From positions 1 through 53,739 of the IMG/VR virus record IMGVR_UViG_3300048896_000074: 53,739 nt of DNA; one strand, 5' to 3'. The notes under the pieces were generated by a model. The model did not search any database and was not told the origin of the DNA. It saw only the letters and a program-made list of their open reading frames with translations. The position numbers were made by a program, and so were the translations under genes. This DNA is from a virus. Its lineage: Duplodnaviria; Caudoviricetes. Position 1 is the first letter of the stretch; each line of letters begins with the position of its first letter. Positions 1 through 8,125 of this stretch are shown piece by piece.

Positions 1-27
1 GTCTTCGATAGCGACGCCCCGGATGAT

Positions 28-444
28 TCAACTCCCCCCCCGGCGCCGTCCGGTTCGGTGCGCTGGGTGTCGCGCATCGTTGGGCCATCCGTCTGCGCCG
101 ATGTCTTGCTTGAAGCCTGGGCGCTTAGTCGTCTTGCCGGTGCGCTCGTCGCTCTGGATGGCTTGGTCGTGGCAGGGCTGGCAGACGCTTTGGTGGTTGC
201 CGGGGTCGAAGAAGAGATGCTCGTCTCCCTTATGCGGGATGCGGTGGTTGACGATAGTGGCTGCGACCGTGAAGCCAGCGGCGTCGCATCGCTCGCAGAG
301 TGGATGCGCTGATAGTTGAGCGATGCGTGCGTTACGCCAGCGTGCGGTGTTGTAGCGCCGGCGATAGGCGGCGGCGGTTGGTGACCTGCTATCCCTACGC
401 TCTGCCTTCGAGGGACGCGACGCGCTGGAGGACAATCGGCGCAT
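28..444 (-). CDS. HNH endonuclease, terminase-associated (HK97 gp74-like)
   Basis: Motifs RW..R...L..HPLCERC, ATIVNHRIPHKGD, NHQSVCQPCHD and C-terminal GADGWP.D; typical of packaging HNH proteins of cos phages. Confidence 0.85.
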   Translation of the reverse strand: MRRLSSSASRPSKAERRDSRSPTAAAYRRRYNTARWRNARIAQLSAHPLCERCDAAGFTVAATIVNHRIPHKGDEHLFFDPGNHQSVCQPCHDQAIQSDERTGKTTKRPGFKQDIGADGWPNDARHPAHRTGRRRGGS

Positions 445-467
445 CCCTCTTGGGCGTTGCCGTGGTC

Positions 468-890
468 CTAGACTTGGGGTTCAGGAGCCGGCGCGGGCGG
501 TGGCACTTGTGCAGCGGTCTGTGCGTCAAGCGCGGTTTGCAGGGCGGCGATATGCTCGTTGAGCGACGCGACCTGGGCGTCGAGCTCTTGCTGGTCGGCC
601 TGCTTCTGCGTGGCGGCGGCCGAGTCGATGGCGGCCTGGTCCGCGGTCTTCTGCGCGGCCACGGCGGTCGCGACGTCGCCGCTTATGGTCGCCTGCAGGG
701 ATGCGGCGATGACGTCGATGTTCGCGATCGAGGCGAGCAGTCCGGTGAAATCCATGATGATCTCTCGCAGGTTGGGGTTGGGGTCGAGCAGCGCGGCGAT
801 CAGGCGAATGATCTCGTCGGTCATGTGCCGGTGGAGGCGTCGCAGTTCGCGGATCGGGTCGTCGTCGGGTGCGATCGATGCGGATCCCAT
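468..890 (-). CDS. hypothetical protein, Ala/Gln-rich coiled coil
   Basis: Clean ORF in the direction of the operon; helical Ala/Gln-rich C-terminal half; possible internal start at MDFTG. Confidence 0.6.
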   Translation of the reverse strand: MGSASIAPDDDPIRELRRLHRHMTDEIIRLIAALLDPNPNLREIIMDFTGLLASIANIDVIAASLQATISGDVATAVAAQKTADQAAIDSAAATQKQADQQELDAQVASLNEHIAALQTALDAQTAAQVPPPAPAPEPQV

Positions 891-939
891 TCGAATCCTC
901 GGCTAATCGACTATCGCTGGGAGGCCGCTGCGCCGCTCG

Positions 940-989
940 CGCAATTCTAGCCTTCGGGATTGGTGCATCCGTTTCCTCGGAAATGTCAA
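940..989 (-). promoter_or_regulatory. possible late promoter region
   Basis: TTGACA on the minus strand at 989-984 overlapping the upstream stop; GCTAGAAT further downstream; position follows a Q-like gene; spacing not canonical. Confidence 0.25.
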
Positions 990-1579
990 GCGATGTGCAA
1001 CCTAGCGCCTTCGTCTGACATTAGCGTGAACCTGCCGACTCGCAGGATCGCGAGCCCCATCTTGAGCCGTTCCTCGAGCCGGATCGTCTCGTAGTCGGCG
1101 CCGGCGGCGAGGTCGCGGATGGTGCGGCCTTCGTGGCAGACCGCCTCAAGCAGCGCGAGCAGCCTCATGCCGTCGTCGGCCGGTAGCGCGCGCAACACGG
1201 ACATGTCGGCGTGGCGCTTCTCCGCGACCGCTTGCAGGCGCCAGTCGGCGGGCCCGGGCGACGCCTTGCCCGATCCGCGGCCGCCATCGCCGAACCCTGT
1301 TCCTGGCAACGCTGCGCAGAGCGCCTCCATGCAGACGTCGCCGAACCACTCGCCGGTCAGGCATTGCTCTGGCGAGAGACCGCGGCGGCCGTCGCTTTTC
1401 TTGAACGCCTCTGCCAGCCAGGCGAGGCCGTCCTTCCGCCGCACGGGCCGCGGTTCTTCGCGCTCGCCCTTGACCGGGTTGATGTTGACGACCTTGCCCG
1501 TCTTCTCGGCGTACTTCGTCGCGCGGTGGGCGTTGCGGCGCCGGGCTCGTGCTTTCCTCTGTGCTTTGCTGGCCGGCAT
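986..1579 (-). CDS. putative late-gene regulator (DUF6456-like)
   Basis: Lies directly after the replication genes (lambda Q position); C-terminal LLEAVCHEGRTIRDLA...RLKMGL helix-turn-helix-like segment. Confidence 0.5.
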   Translation of the reverse strand: MPASKAQRKARARRRNAHRATKYAEKTGKVVNINPVKGEREEPRPVRRKDGLAWLAEAFKKSDGRRGLSPEQCLTGEWFGDVCMEALCAALPGTGFGDGGRGSGKASPGPADWRLQAVAEKRHADMSVLRALPADDGMRLLALLEAVCHEGRTIRDLAAGADYETIRLEERLKMGLAILRVGRFTLMSDEGARLHIA

Positions 1580-3054
1580 CAGGCTAGGCGCTCGTTTTCG
1601 ATGAATCGCTGCGTCACCTTATCGAATCCCATGCTGACTTCGCCTGGGCGACCGATGATCTCGTGGTAGCGGGACTTCTGGACCTTTACGGTCGTGGAGT
1701 CCTTGTCCTCGCGGTGCACGACGATTCCGACGTCCGCTTTGTTGTAGAAGTTCGCGCTGCCGCTGATGTCGTAGAGGCTGGGCATATGATACTTGCCCTT
1801 GTCCTTCTGCAGCTTGGCGGGGTGCGCGATCAGGATGATGTGCACCTGAAACTTGCGAGCGAAGCGCTTGAGGCTCCGAATCGCCCAGCCGGTATATTCG
1901 GTCTCGGTCTCGCCGCGTTGGCGCTTGTGCTCGATCTCGTTCCAGGGGTCGATGACGACGAGGCGGCATCCGTGGCGTACCACGCCACCTTCCAGCGCAT
2001 CTAGCAACCAGTCCATCGTGACGTCCTCGTCCTCGTCCGGGCAAATGAAGACGTGGTGGTCGTCGATCCAAGCGTCTGCTTCGACGTGATCACGCTCGCC
2101 ATCGAACGGACTGTTCTGCTGCCACTTACGGAGAGCTCGGCGGTGGTCGCGCTGCGGCGGTTGTTCGAACGATGCCCACAGCACCTTGAGGTCGTAGCGA
2201 TCGGCTACGCGACAACAGAGGTCGTTTACCAGCGTCGTCTTTCCAAAGCCGGGAACACCGGTGATCACGGCGAAGTCGCCCAAGCGCATCCGATAGTTCT
2301 CGTTCAATAGCCGGAAGCCTTCGCCATTTTCGTCGCAGATCGAATAGACCGTCTCGGGCGGTAACGGCGGCAGGTCGCTCATCAGGTAGACGCCGGGCAG
2401 CGTCATGAACCTGGCCCGGTTGAGCGTCGCGACCACGCCGGCCGAGCCGTCCCGCTGTAGGACGTCGTTCAGATCCTTGGCGTAGTTCGGCGATGACGGC
2501 TCGGCGCCTTCGCCATTATATGTCACGAACTTGCAGCGATACCGGCCTAGCTGGACGGAGAGGTCGTGGAGCAACTGCTGCCCTGGCGCGTCGGCGTCCG
2601 AGGCCAGGATGATCTGCGGAAAGCGGTCTTTGCCCAGCACTGGCAGCATGTCCCGCACGAACTTGTATTTCTCGGCCTCCTCGAGATCGTTCGGCTTGTC
2701 TCCCTTCGGCGCCGGCGCTCCGTTGGGGACGCTGACGGTCCGCAGGAAGCCGCACTGGATGGCCGCCAGAGCATCGAAGTGTCCCTCGGTGATAACCAGC
2801 GGCTGACGGTCGAGGCTGGTGTCCCGGAGCACGTCCTCGTTCCAGAAGCATGTTTCGCCCTCGGTTGCCCACTTGCTCTGCGGATCATCGAACTTGCGGT
2901 ACTTTCGGCAAACGATCTGGCCGCGGCGATAGCTCGGGATGATCAGCGCCTCACCACGACCGCGGCGCCCGCTGTCCCAGCCTAGGCCGGCCGCTACTTC
3001 GGGATCCAGGCCGCGCGCCTCTAGCCACGAAATCGCCCGGTCGGTCATCGTCAT
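1579..3054 (-). CDS. Twinkle/T7 gp4-like primase-helicase (TOPRIM + SF4 helicase), lacking the N-terminal Zn finger
   Basis: TOPRIM ITEGHFDAL, SVPNGA, LASDADAPG, KDLND; Walker A TGVPGFGKT; VIDPWN; IAHPAK; YDISGSANFYNKAD; AGGAG 6 nt before the ATG. Confidence 0.92.
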   Translation of the reverse strand: MTMTDRAISWLEARGLDPEVAAGLGWDSGRRGRGEALIIPSYRRGQIVCRKYRKFDDPQSKWATEGETCFWNEDVLRDTSLDRQPLVITEGHFDALAAIQCGFLRTVSVPNGAPAPKGDKPNDLEEAEKYKFVRDMLPVLGKDRFPQIILASDADAPGQQLLHDLSVQLGRYRCKFVTYNGEGAEPSSPNYAKDLNDVLQRDGSAGVVATLNRARFMTLPGVYLMSDLPPLPPETVYSICDENGEGFRLLNENYRMRLGDFAVITGVPGFGKTTLVNDLCCRVADRYDLKVLWASFEQPPQRDHRRALRKWQQNSPFDGERDHVEADAWIDDHHVFICPDEDEDVTMDWLLDALEGGVVRHGCRLVVIDPWNEIEHKRQRGETETEYTGWAIRSLKRFARKFQVHIILIAHPAKLQKDKGKYHMPSLYDISGSANFYNKADVGIVVHREDKDSTTVKVQKSRYHEIIGRPGEVSMGFDKVTQRFIENERLA

Positions 3055-3247
3055 GGAACGCTCCTGAGAACTCGTTGCAATGGTGGCAGTGATAGACGAT
3101 GGAGTCCGCCTGGACGGTCACCGAGAGGCAAGGCGCTCGCTTCTTTTTCCGGGTTGGGGAACAGCGCGGACATGTCGTCGCGTGAGTGCCGTAACCCCAG
3201 TTTCGGAGTTCGATGCCGGCTTGTCGGGCCTTCTCCGAAGCGTGCAT
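2951..3247 (-). CDS. stand-alone primase zinc-binding domain
   Basis: MHASEK...TTCPRCSPTRKKKRAPCLSV...YHCHHC; ATG at 3247 overlaps the upstream stop (TGATG). Confidence 0.8.
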   Translation of the reverse strand: MHASEKARQAGIELRNWGYGTHATTCPRCSPTRKKKRAPCLSVTVQADSIVYHCHHCNEFSGAFHDDDRPGDFVARGARPGSRSSGRPRLGQRAPRSW

Positions 3248-3957
3248 CAGACGAACCCTACTCGGCGCGGCTGTTCGGTCGTCTCGTCGTCCCATCGGCC
3301 CTGGTTCAGCCATGTGGCCGGGTTCGGGATGAATCGCGGGTCGTCCGACCATCGACCGCGGTCTCGCAAGCCGGCGAGTAGCGCGGCGGCCGAGGCCCCA
3401 TCCTTCCTGGCCTTGTCGTAGGCTTTGCGGGCGGCGAGCTTTCCGACGCGTTTCGGATATGCGCTCCACCAAGCCTCGAAATCGGACTGTCGATCGGCAA
3501 GCGGAGCGCCGTCGATCAAGAGCGTTAGCTCTCTCTCTTTCTTTGGTTCTGGTTCTGGTTCTGGATATGTCGGCAATTGCTTGGATTTTGCTCCAGCAAA
3601 CGCGAGTGCTAGTTGCTTGTTTTTTCTGGCGGTTTTTTCTCCACCCTGTTTTCCGGCCTCGGAGCGCTTACCAGAAGTGTATTCGTACTTCGCTATTTCC
3701 GCGGCCAATCTTTTGTGCGTCAGGAGGCCGCGGTGCGCCTTGAAAAACGGTAGGACCGTCGCCCGTATCGAGGCCCATTCCTTCGCGGTGCACCGGGCGA
3801 TCTTGGCGAGGTTCTCGTCCTTCGCCGGGAGCCGTCCACCAGCCCGCCACATCGCCATCAGCAGAAGCAGATAGGCGCCGTGCTCAAGCGCGCCGAGATG
3901 AAGCGTGTCGCCCAGGTAATCGCCGACGTAGAGCTTCATGTACGGCGGTGCGCTCAC
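3247..3957 (-). CDS. replication initiator, DUF1376/YdaU family
   Basis: PYMKLYVGDYLGDT.HL..LEHGAYLLLL N-terminus, PEPEPEP linker, C-terminal FEAWWSAYPKRVGK...PNPATWLNQGRWDD; GTG start overlaps the upstream TGA. Confidence 0.85.
   Translation of the reverse strand: MSAPPYMKLYVGDYLGDTLHLGALEHGAYLLLLMAMWRAGGRLPAKDENLAKIARCTAKEWASIRATVLPFFKAHRGLLTHKRLAAEIAKYEYTSGKRSEAGKQGGEKTARKNKQLALAFAGAKSKQLPTYPEPEPEPKKERELTLLIDGAPLADRQSDFEAWWSAYPKRVGKLAARKAYDKARKDGASAAALLAGLRDRGRWSDDPRFIPNPATWLNQGRWDDETTEQPRRVGFV
3525..3720. other. putative replication origin inside the initiator gene
   Basis: Locally AT-rich; (GGTTCT)x3; recurring TTGCT/AGCAA words including the palindrome TTTGCT-CC-AGCAAA at 3587-3600; analogous to the lambda ori inside gene O. 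Confidence 0.45.
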
Positions 3958-4163
3958 TTTGGCGCGTCCGCCGTCGCGAACTCGTCGGCCAGGGCGTAGG
4001 CCAGTTCCGCGGCGCGCTGCCGGCCACGGACGCCCATGATGAACAGCAGCGCAGCACGGCAGATCATGTAAGCCGAGACGGTGGGATCCGCGCCCGAGTG
4101 CCGCCATATCGCCTGGCGCGTCTCGGTGGTGATCTGCGAGTAGCTTGACGCCGGGCCGCTCAC
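3954..4163 (-). CDS. hypothetical protein
   Basis: 4-nt start/stop overlaps with both neighbours. Confidence 0.6.
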   Translation of the reverse strand: MSGPASSYSQITTETRQAIWRHSGADPTVSAYMICRAALLFIMGVRGRQRAAELAYALADEFATADAPK

Positions 4164-4669
4164 TTTCCTGCCTCCAACACGAAGCAGGCGATGTGACGCC
4201 CGGTGCCTTTGCCCTGGGATCCGTCCTCAGTCGCCAGCCAGTGCACGTCGCCCAGGTTGCGGACCTTGGCGCCCGCGGCGAGCAGCATCAGCACCCATTT
4301 GTCGATGGGATAGACGAAGACGACGGACTTGCCCTTGGCGTGCTCGGCGATGGCCTTGCGCGCCCAGGCGGTCGGTCCCTTCTTCCTGCCCTGATGGATG
4401 ATGGAGCCGAAAGGCGGGTTGACGTAACTGGACGTTCCCCACTCGCAAGTGAGGCCGTCGAAGCCTTCCGGAATTGGATGCGGGCAGGGGTCGAAGTTGA
4501 ACTTGAACTCGACGTTGAGCGGCCCGTAAACGTCCGGCGGCGTCAGCCAGTAGTGCTTCGCATCGTCACCGTTCCCAGCGTGGAACTTGTTCTCAGCTAT
4601 CGGCGCGAGAAATGCGCGGGCGGCTCCGTCGGACCAGCCATCGGCGGGGAACAGGTCTGGTCCGCTCAC
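4160..4669 (-). CDS. phage DNA N6-adenine methyltransferase (Dam-phage family)
   Basis: WLTPP..Y..L..EF.F.FDPCP, DGL...W, YVNPPF catalytic motif. Confidence 0.75.
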   Translation of the reverse strand: MSGPDLFPADGWSDGAARAFLAPIAENKFHAGNGDDAKHYWLTPPDVYGPLNVEFKFNFDPCPHPIPEGFDGLTCEWGTSSYVNPPFGSIIHQGRKKGPTAWARKAIAEHAKGKSVVFVYPIDKWVLMLLAAGAKVRNLGDVHWLATEDGSQGKGTGRHIACFVLEAGK

Positions 4670-4823
4670 GGCAGACCCCGCGACTTGGAACTTTCACGCG
4701 CGATTGGTATTATCGGCACAAGGCGGCTCCTGCATTGAGCTTGCTAAGGGCGGTGCGGTGTCTTTGCCGGACACGCATCGCCCGCCCCCTTTTTCCGCCC
4801 AGGTTGTGGAAACGTCAAGCGGG

Positions 4824-5411
4824 TCACGCGGCGGCCTCATCGAACTTGTCCGCCTCGTTGCCCCATACGGTCCAGCCTGGGCGTGACTGACGGCCGAAGA
4901 GTTCCAGCCGCGGCCCGGCGCAGTAGGCTTCGATTCGGTCGTAAGATTCCTCGGGCTTGCGCGAGTGCTCCCTACGGTGGGCGATAATGACCTGCCGCGT
5001 TGACTTGTTTAGCCGCTTCGGAGATCCGCGCCGGCCAAGCAGGACGAGCTCGGCGTTCTGGCGGGTCGTGTGCCCCATGCCGACGAACATGCTCTGGACG
5101 TCGGAGAACAGGACCGGCGCGTGCTTGTTCAGCTTCAGCCAGACGAAGGCGACGGTCGAATAGTCGAACCCCCATGCGCGCATGAGATCGAGTGCCTGCG
5201 GTAGATGCGGCGTCGTCGTCCAAAGGAACAGGTGGGCGCCCTTCGCGCAGACGTCGGCGACCGGGAGCTCCTTGATCCCGGCCAGATGCATCGTCGGGTA
5301 GTGCTGGACGGCGCCGCGGCCCTCTCCTTTCGCGCTCCGGACTTTGTATGTCCAGGGCGGATCCGCGAGCACACAGCCAAAGCCGCCTGGAGTGGTAGGA
5401 AGGAGGATCAT
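4824..5411 (-). CDS. MT-A70 family adenine methyltransferase
   Basis: LADPPW, HYPTM, LFLWTT, AWGF.Y, GMGH.TR.NAE, REHSRKP, RLELFGR..RPGW..WGNE. Confidence 0.93.
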   Translation of the reverse strand: MILLPTTPGGFGCVLADPPWTYKVRSAKGEGRGAVQHYPTMHLAGIKELPVADVCAKGAHLFLWTTTPHLPQALDLMRAWGFDYSTVAFVWLKLNKHAPVLFSDVQSMFVGMGHTTRQNAELVLLGRRGSPKRLNKSTRQVIIAHRREHSRKPEESYDRIEAYCAGPRLELFGRQSRPGWTVWGNEADKFDEAAA

Positions 5412-5890
5412 CCGACCAGCGCCCCCGCAAATGGGAAACCGTCGATCGCCGCATAGCGACTGCGCTTGAAATTGCCCGGAAACGAATAACCGATCGGGTA
5501 GAGCGAGACGGTCTGGCTGACGGTTTCCACGGGGAGATAGGCCACGGTGCGGCTATCCAGCGCCACCAAGGCCAGCACGTCGCAGTGCTCCGCCGATAGG
5601 CGCGATCCTTTGCCGTCACGCCCGCGCCGACGCACATGGAAGACATAGACCATGTTCGGACAACGGCCTTTGGCGTTCGCGTTCTTTGGCTTGAGGGTTG
5701 ACTTCACCTGAACGCGCACGAAGCGGTCGCCGAGGTCCACCATCACGTCATAGGGAAGCCCCTGGTCGGTCAGGAATGCCCGATAGCCGGCCAGCATAAG
5801 GTCAGCGCAGACGAGGTGTTCGGCGGCCTTCCCGATCTCCAAGGAATCGGTGGCGAGGATGCAGGAGAACGGCCCGGGCGGCAGGGTCAC
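5408..5890 (-). CDS. PD-(D/E)XK homing-type endonuclease (group I intron-associated family-like) fused to an MT-A70-like N-terminal peptide
   Basis: IGKAAEHLVCADL...GY, PYDVMVD, RVQVKS, CDVLALVALD; GTG start at 5890 overlaps the upstream TGA. Confidence 0.8.
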   Translation of the reverse strand: MTLPPGPFSCILATDSLEIGKAAEHLVCADLMLAGYRAFLTDQGLPYDVMVDLGDRFVRVQVKSTLKPKNANAKGRCPNMVYVFHVRRRGRDGKGSRLSAEHCDVLALVALDSRTVAYLPVETVSQTVSLYPIGYSFPGNFKRSRYAAIDGFPFAGALVG

Positions 5891-6255
5891 GCGAACACCG
5901 CCTTGCACCGCTCCATCGCGCCCGGCGATAGCTGGTAGCGCTTCGGCTGCGACTGGAGGAAATCCTGCCCGAGCTTGCGGCGGATGCGCCAGGCCATGAC
6001 GTGCACGAAGTTGTCGGGGTCGGTTCGCTCGTCCCTGACCGTCGGTGGGATGCGCTCCTCGATCTGGAGGCGCAACAGCGGCTTGCCGCCAGCAGTGTAG
6101 AGCGCGGCGACCATCGACGCTTCGGTATGGGTCAGCGCGAAGGCGTTGCGGAGCCGCGCGACGGTATCGGCGGCGATCAGCGCGCCGGCCTCGGCCTTCC
6201 AGTAGTCGCGCTCGGCGGTCAGTTCCTCGATGCGCTCGTAGAGGGCGGCGGTCAT
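5887..6255 (-). CDS. OmpR/PhoB-type winged-helix DNA-binding protein (CtrA effector-domain-like, no receiver domain)
   Basis: LT.TEA...AAL and NFVHVMAWRIRRKLG resemble Trans_reg_C; ATGA coupling at 6255. Confidence 0.65.
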   Translation of the reverse strand: MTAALYERIEELTAERDYWKAEAGALIAADTVARLRNAFALTHTEASMVAALYTAGGKPLLRLQIEERIPPTVRDERTDPDNFVHVMAWRIRRKLGQDFLQSQPKRYQLSPGAMERCKAVFA

Positions 6256-6938
6256 GACGTGGCCGTCCTCGCGTCGTACCGCGCCGCGTTCCGCTCCCAT
6301 ACGACCGGCCTGTGGAAGCAGATGGCGCGGTGTTCCGCACACCAGGGAGCGCCCGGAACAGTCGGCGCCGCGCAGCACATCATCTTGTCCATCTCGCCGT
6401 GGCCCGGGTCGTCGAGGCCGAAGCGGCACTGCGAGGGTCCGGTCTTGTTGTAGGGCATGGGATCGGTCGGCGGACGAGGCGACGCGGCTGCTGCGGCGCG
6501 TAGGGCTGGCCGTGGAGGCGGGACGCGGACCTTCGGCGGCCTCGGGATGCTCCTCGCCTTCGGCTGCCCCTGGCGCTTCGGGCGGGCCTCGCGCGGCGGC
6601 TTCGGATCTGACGGGCCTGCGATCTTCCCAGGATCGAACGCGCGTCCGTCGCGTACGCCCAGGCGATGCAGCTTCGCGATCGCCTTGTTCCGGGTGATCC
6701 CCATCTCGTGCGCGATCTGGCTGCCGGTCATGCCGCGATTGTAGAGCCGCACGAGCAGTTCCAGCCGCTCCGGCGTCCACGAGGCCGCGCCTGTCCTCGA
6801 CGGGCCCATGTGGTAGGCGATGCTCTGGGCGTTGAAGCCGAGCTCGCGGGCGATATCGGCTTGCGAGAGACCCTCGTCGGCGAGGGCCTCGGCGCGAGCG
6901 GTCGCGGCCTCGTTCCAGCGGCGGGCGTGGGCGGTCAT
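6252..6938 (-). CDS. gcrA: GcrA-family cell-cycle regulator homologue with an extra N-terminal HTH
   Basis: WTPERLELLVRLYNRGMTGSQIAHEMGITRNKAIAKLHRLG and C-terminal CRF..DP......CCAAP..G.PWC.EH...CF. Confidence 0.85.
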   Translation of the reverse strand: MTAHARRWNEAATARAEALADEGLSQADIARELGFNAQSIAYHMGPSRTGAASWTPERLELLVRLYNRGMTGSQIAHEMGITRNKAIAKLHRLGVRDGRAFDPGKIAGPSDPKPPREARPKRQGQPKARSIPRPPKVRVPPPRPALRAAAAASPRPPTDPMPYNKTGPSQCRFGLDDPGHGEMDKMMCCAAPTVPGAPWCAEHRAICFHRPVVWERNAARYDARTATS

Positions 6939-7474
6939 GCCGCGGCGTCCCAGCCGGCCAGCGCCGGGCGGATGACCATGCGGCCGCCGACCTTGGCGAT
7001 GACCGGATAGCCGCCGGCAGCGCGGACTGCGGAGACGTGGGCGTCGGCCTTGCGCGCGACCTCGTTGGGATCGGCCCGGAAGTTCGGGCAGGAGTAGTCG
7101 CCCAGATCAGCGACGATCGAGGCGCGGTAGTAGCCGTCGAGTTTCTTGCTTTTCGCGCCGGTTAGACCCAGCGCCCTTTCGGCCTGGTCCGCCGATGCGC
7201 CGGCAATGCGCAGTTCGATGTAGTCGATCTCCAGCTTCGCGGCCCGCTCGTGCACGAAGTTGATCGGCTTCACGGTCGATAGCCGACTCTTGCGGACGCG
7301 CTTGGTCGGCTCGGCGTTCGAGTTGCGCCGAAACCCTAAGCGGTAGAGACGGCTCGCTACGGCCTGCCGCGTCGGCGCCCCGATGGCCCGCGCGATCTGC
7401 GTATAGCTTTTCCCGGCGAGGCGAAGTTCGACCGCCAGCTTCTCGCTTTCCTCATTCCACCAATAGACGGTCAT
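6935..7474 (-). CDS. second GcrA-like protein (N-terminal domain only, unrelated C-terminus)
   Basis: WNEESEKLAVELRLAGKSYTQIARAIGAPTRQAVASRLYRLG; GGAGGAG upstream of ATG 7474. Confidence 0.7.
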   Translation of the reverse strand: MTVYWWNEESEKLAVELRLAGKSYTQIARAIGAPTRQAVASRLYRLGFRRNSNAEPTKRVRKSRLSTVKPINFVHERAAKLEIDYIELRIAGASADQAERALGLTGAKSKKLDGYYRASIVADLGDYSCPNFRADPNEVARKADAHVSAVRAAGGYPVIAKVGGRMVIRPALAGWDAAA

Positions 7475-7928
7475 CCGTGAGCTCCTCCAGCGGCTCTGTT
7501 TGTTGAGGTTCAAGTGCTTCGATCCGAATGTCTATCCCTGGCCGCTCGGCCGGAACCTTGGTGATCCAGAGCCGGACGATCTGGTTATCGTCGACCCAGC
7601 AGACGCCGTTCAGGGCGTCGAGCACCGACTTGGCCCCATTGTCGCAGTCCACGCGGCCCAGGTAGGGCGTCTCGCCGGCCAGGACGGCCGCACGCAGCCG
7701 CTTGGACATGGAGGCGGGCGGTTGCAGCCGGAGGCGCAGAGAGACGCTCAGGGCGCCCTGTAGCGGCGGCTTCCCCTCCATCATCACCCGCGCTGTTTCG
7801 CGGATAGTGCGCTCGTAGATTCGAGTCTCCGTCGGCGTATAGATCGTCGCCCTCCCGAAGCGGACGGTGGCGCGGGGTCGCTGTTTTCCGCGGACGTGTC
7901 CAGCCATCGAGAAGGCGATCGCATCCAT
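7452..7928 (-). CDS. rusA: RusA family Holliday junction resolvase
   Basis: GKQRPR, YTP..T..YE, DCDN.AKSVLDALNGVCWVDDNQIV. Confidence 0.9.
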   Translation of the reverse strand: MDAIAFSMAGHVRGKQRPRATVRFGRATIYTPTETRIYERTIRETARVMMEGKPPLQGALSVSLRLRLQPPASMSKRLRAAVLAGETPYLGRVDCDNGAKSVLDALNGVCWVDDNQIVRLWITKVPAERPGIDIRIEALEPQQTEPLEELTDDRLLVE

Positions 7929-8122
7929 TAGTGAGCCGTGGTCGTCTGGATCACGACGGCCTTCCAGTGCCTATTCTTGAACCGCTGGCGCAGCATCGAG
8001 CGCGGCTTGCCCTTGCACAAACGAAGCCGGTCGTCGGCGGCGATGCAACGGCCCTCGCGCATGACGAGATAGGCTACCCACGAAGGGCCGCGCACTTCGA
8101 CAAGTTCCTCGGTCACGTCCAT
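7928..8122 (-). CDS. hypothetical protein
   Basis: Short basic ORF coupled to rusA. Confidence 0.55.
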   Translation of the reverse strand: MDVTEELVEVRGPSWVAYLVMREGRCIAADDRLRLCKGKPRSMLRQRFKNRHWKAVVIQTTTAH

Positions 8123-8125
8123 TGG

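Noticed and set aside
4670-4823. Lower-GC gap between two methyltransferases as a possible ncRNA or gene
   Set aside because: Only very short ORFs (27 aa or less) and no convincing structure; probably a gene remnant
5408-5890. Endonuclease plus adjacent MT-A70 as a type II restriction-modification pair
   Set aside because: The nuclease resembles homing-type PD-(D/E)XK enzymes, and the duplicated N-terminus points to insertion into the methyltransferase gene
5891-6340. Long N-terminal extensions given by the ORF track (also 3958-4107, 10041-10271, 21406-21969, 32972-33166, 39302-39832)
   Set aside because: They overlap real upstream genes and read as Arg/Pro-rich junk; coupled downstream starts fit better
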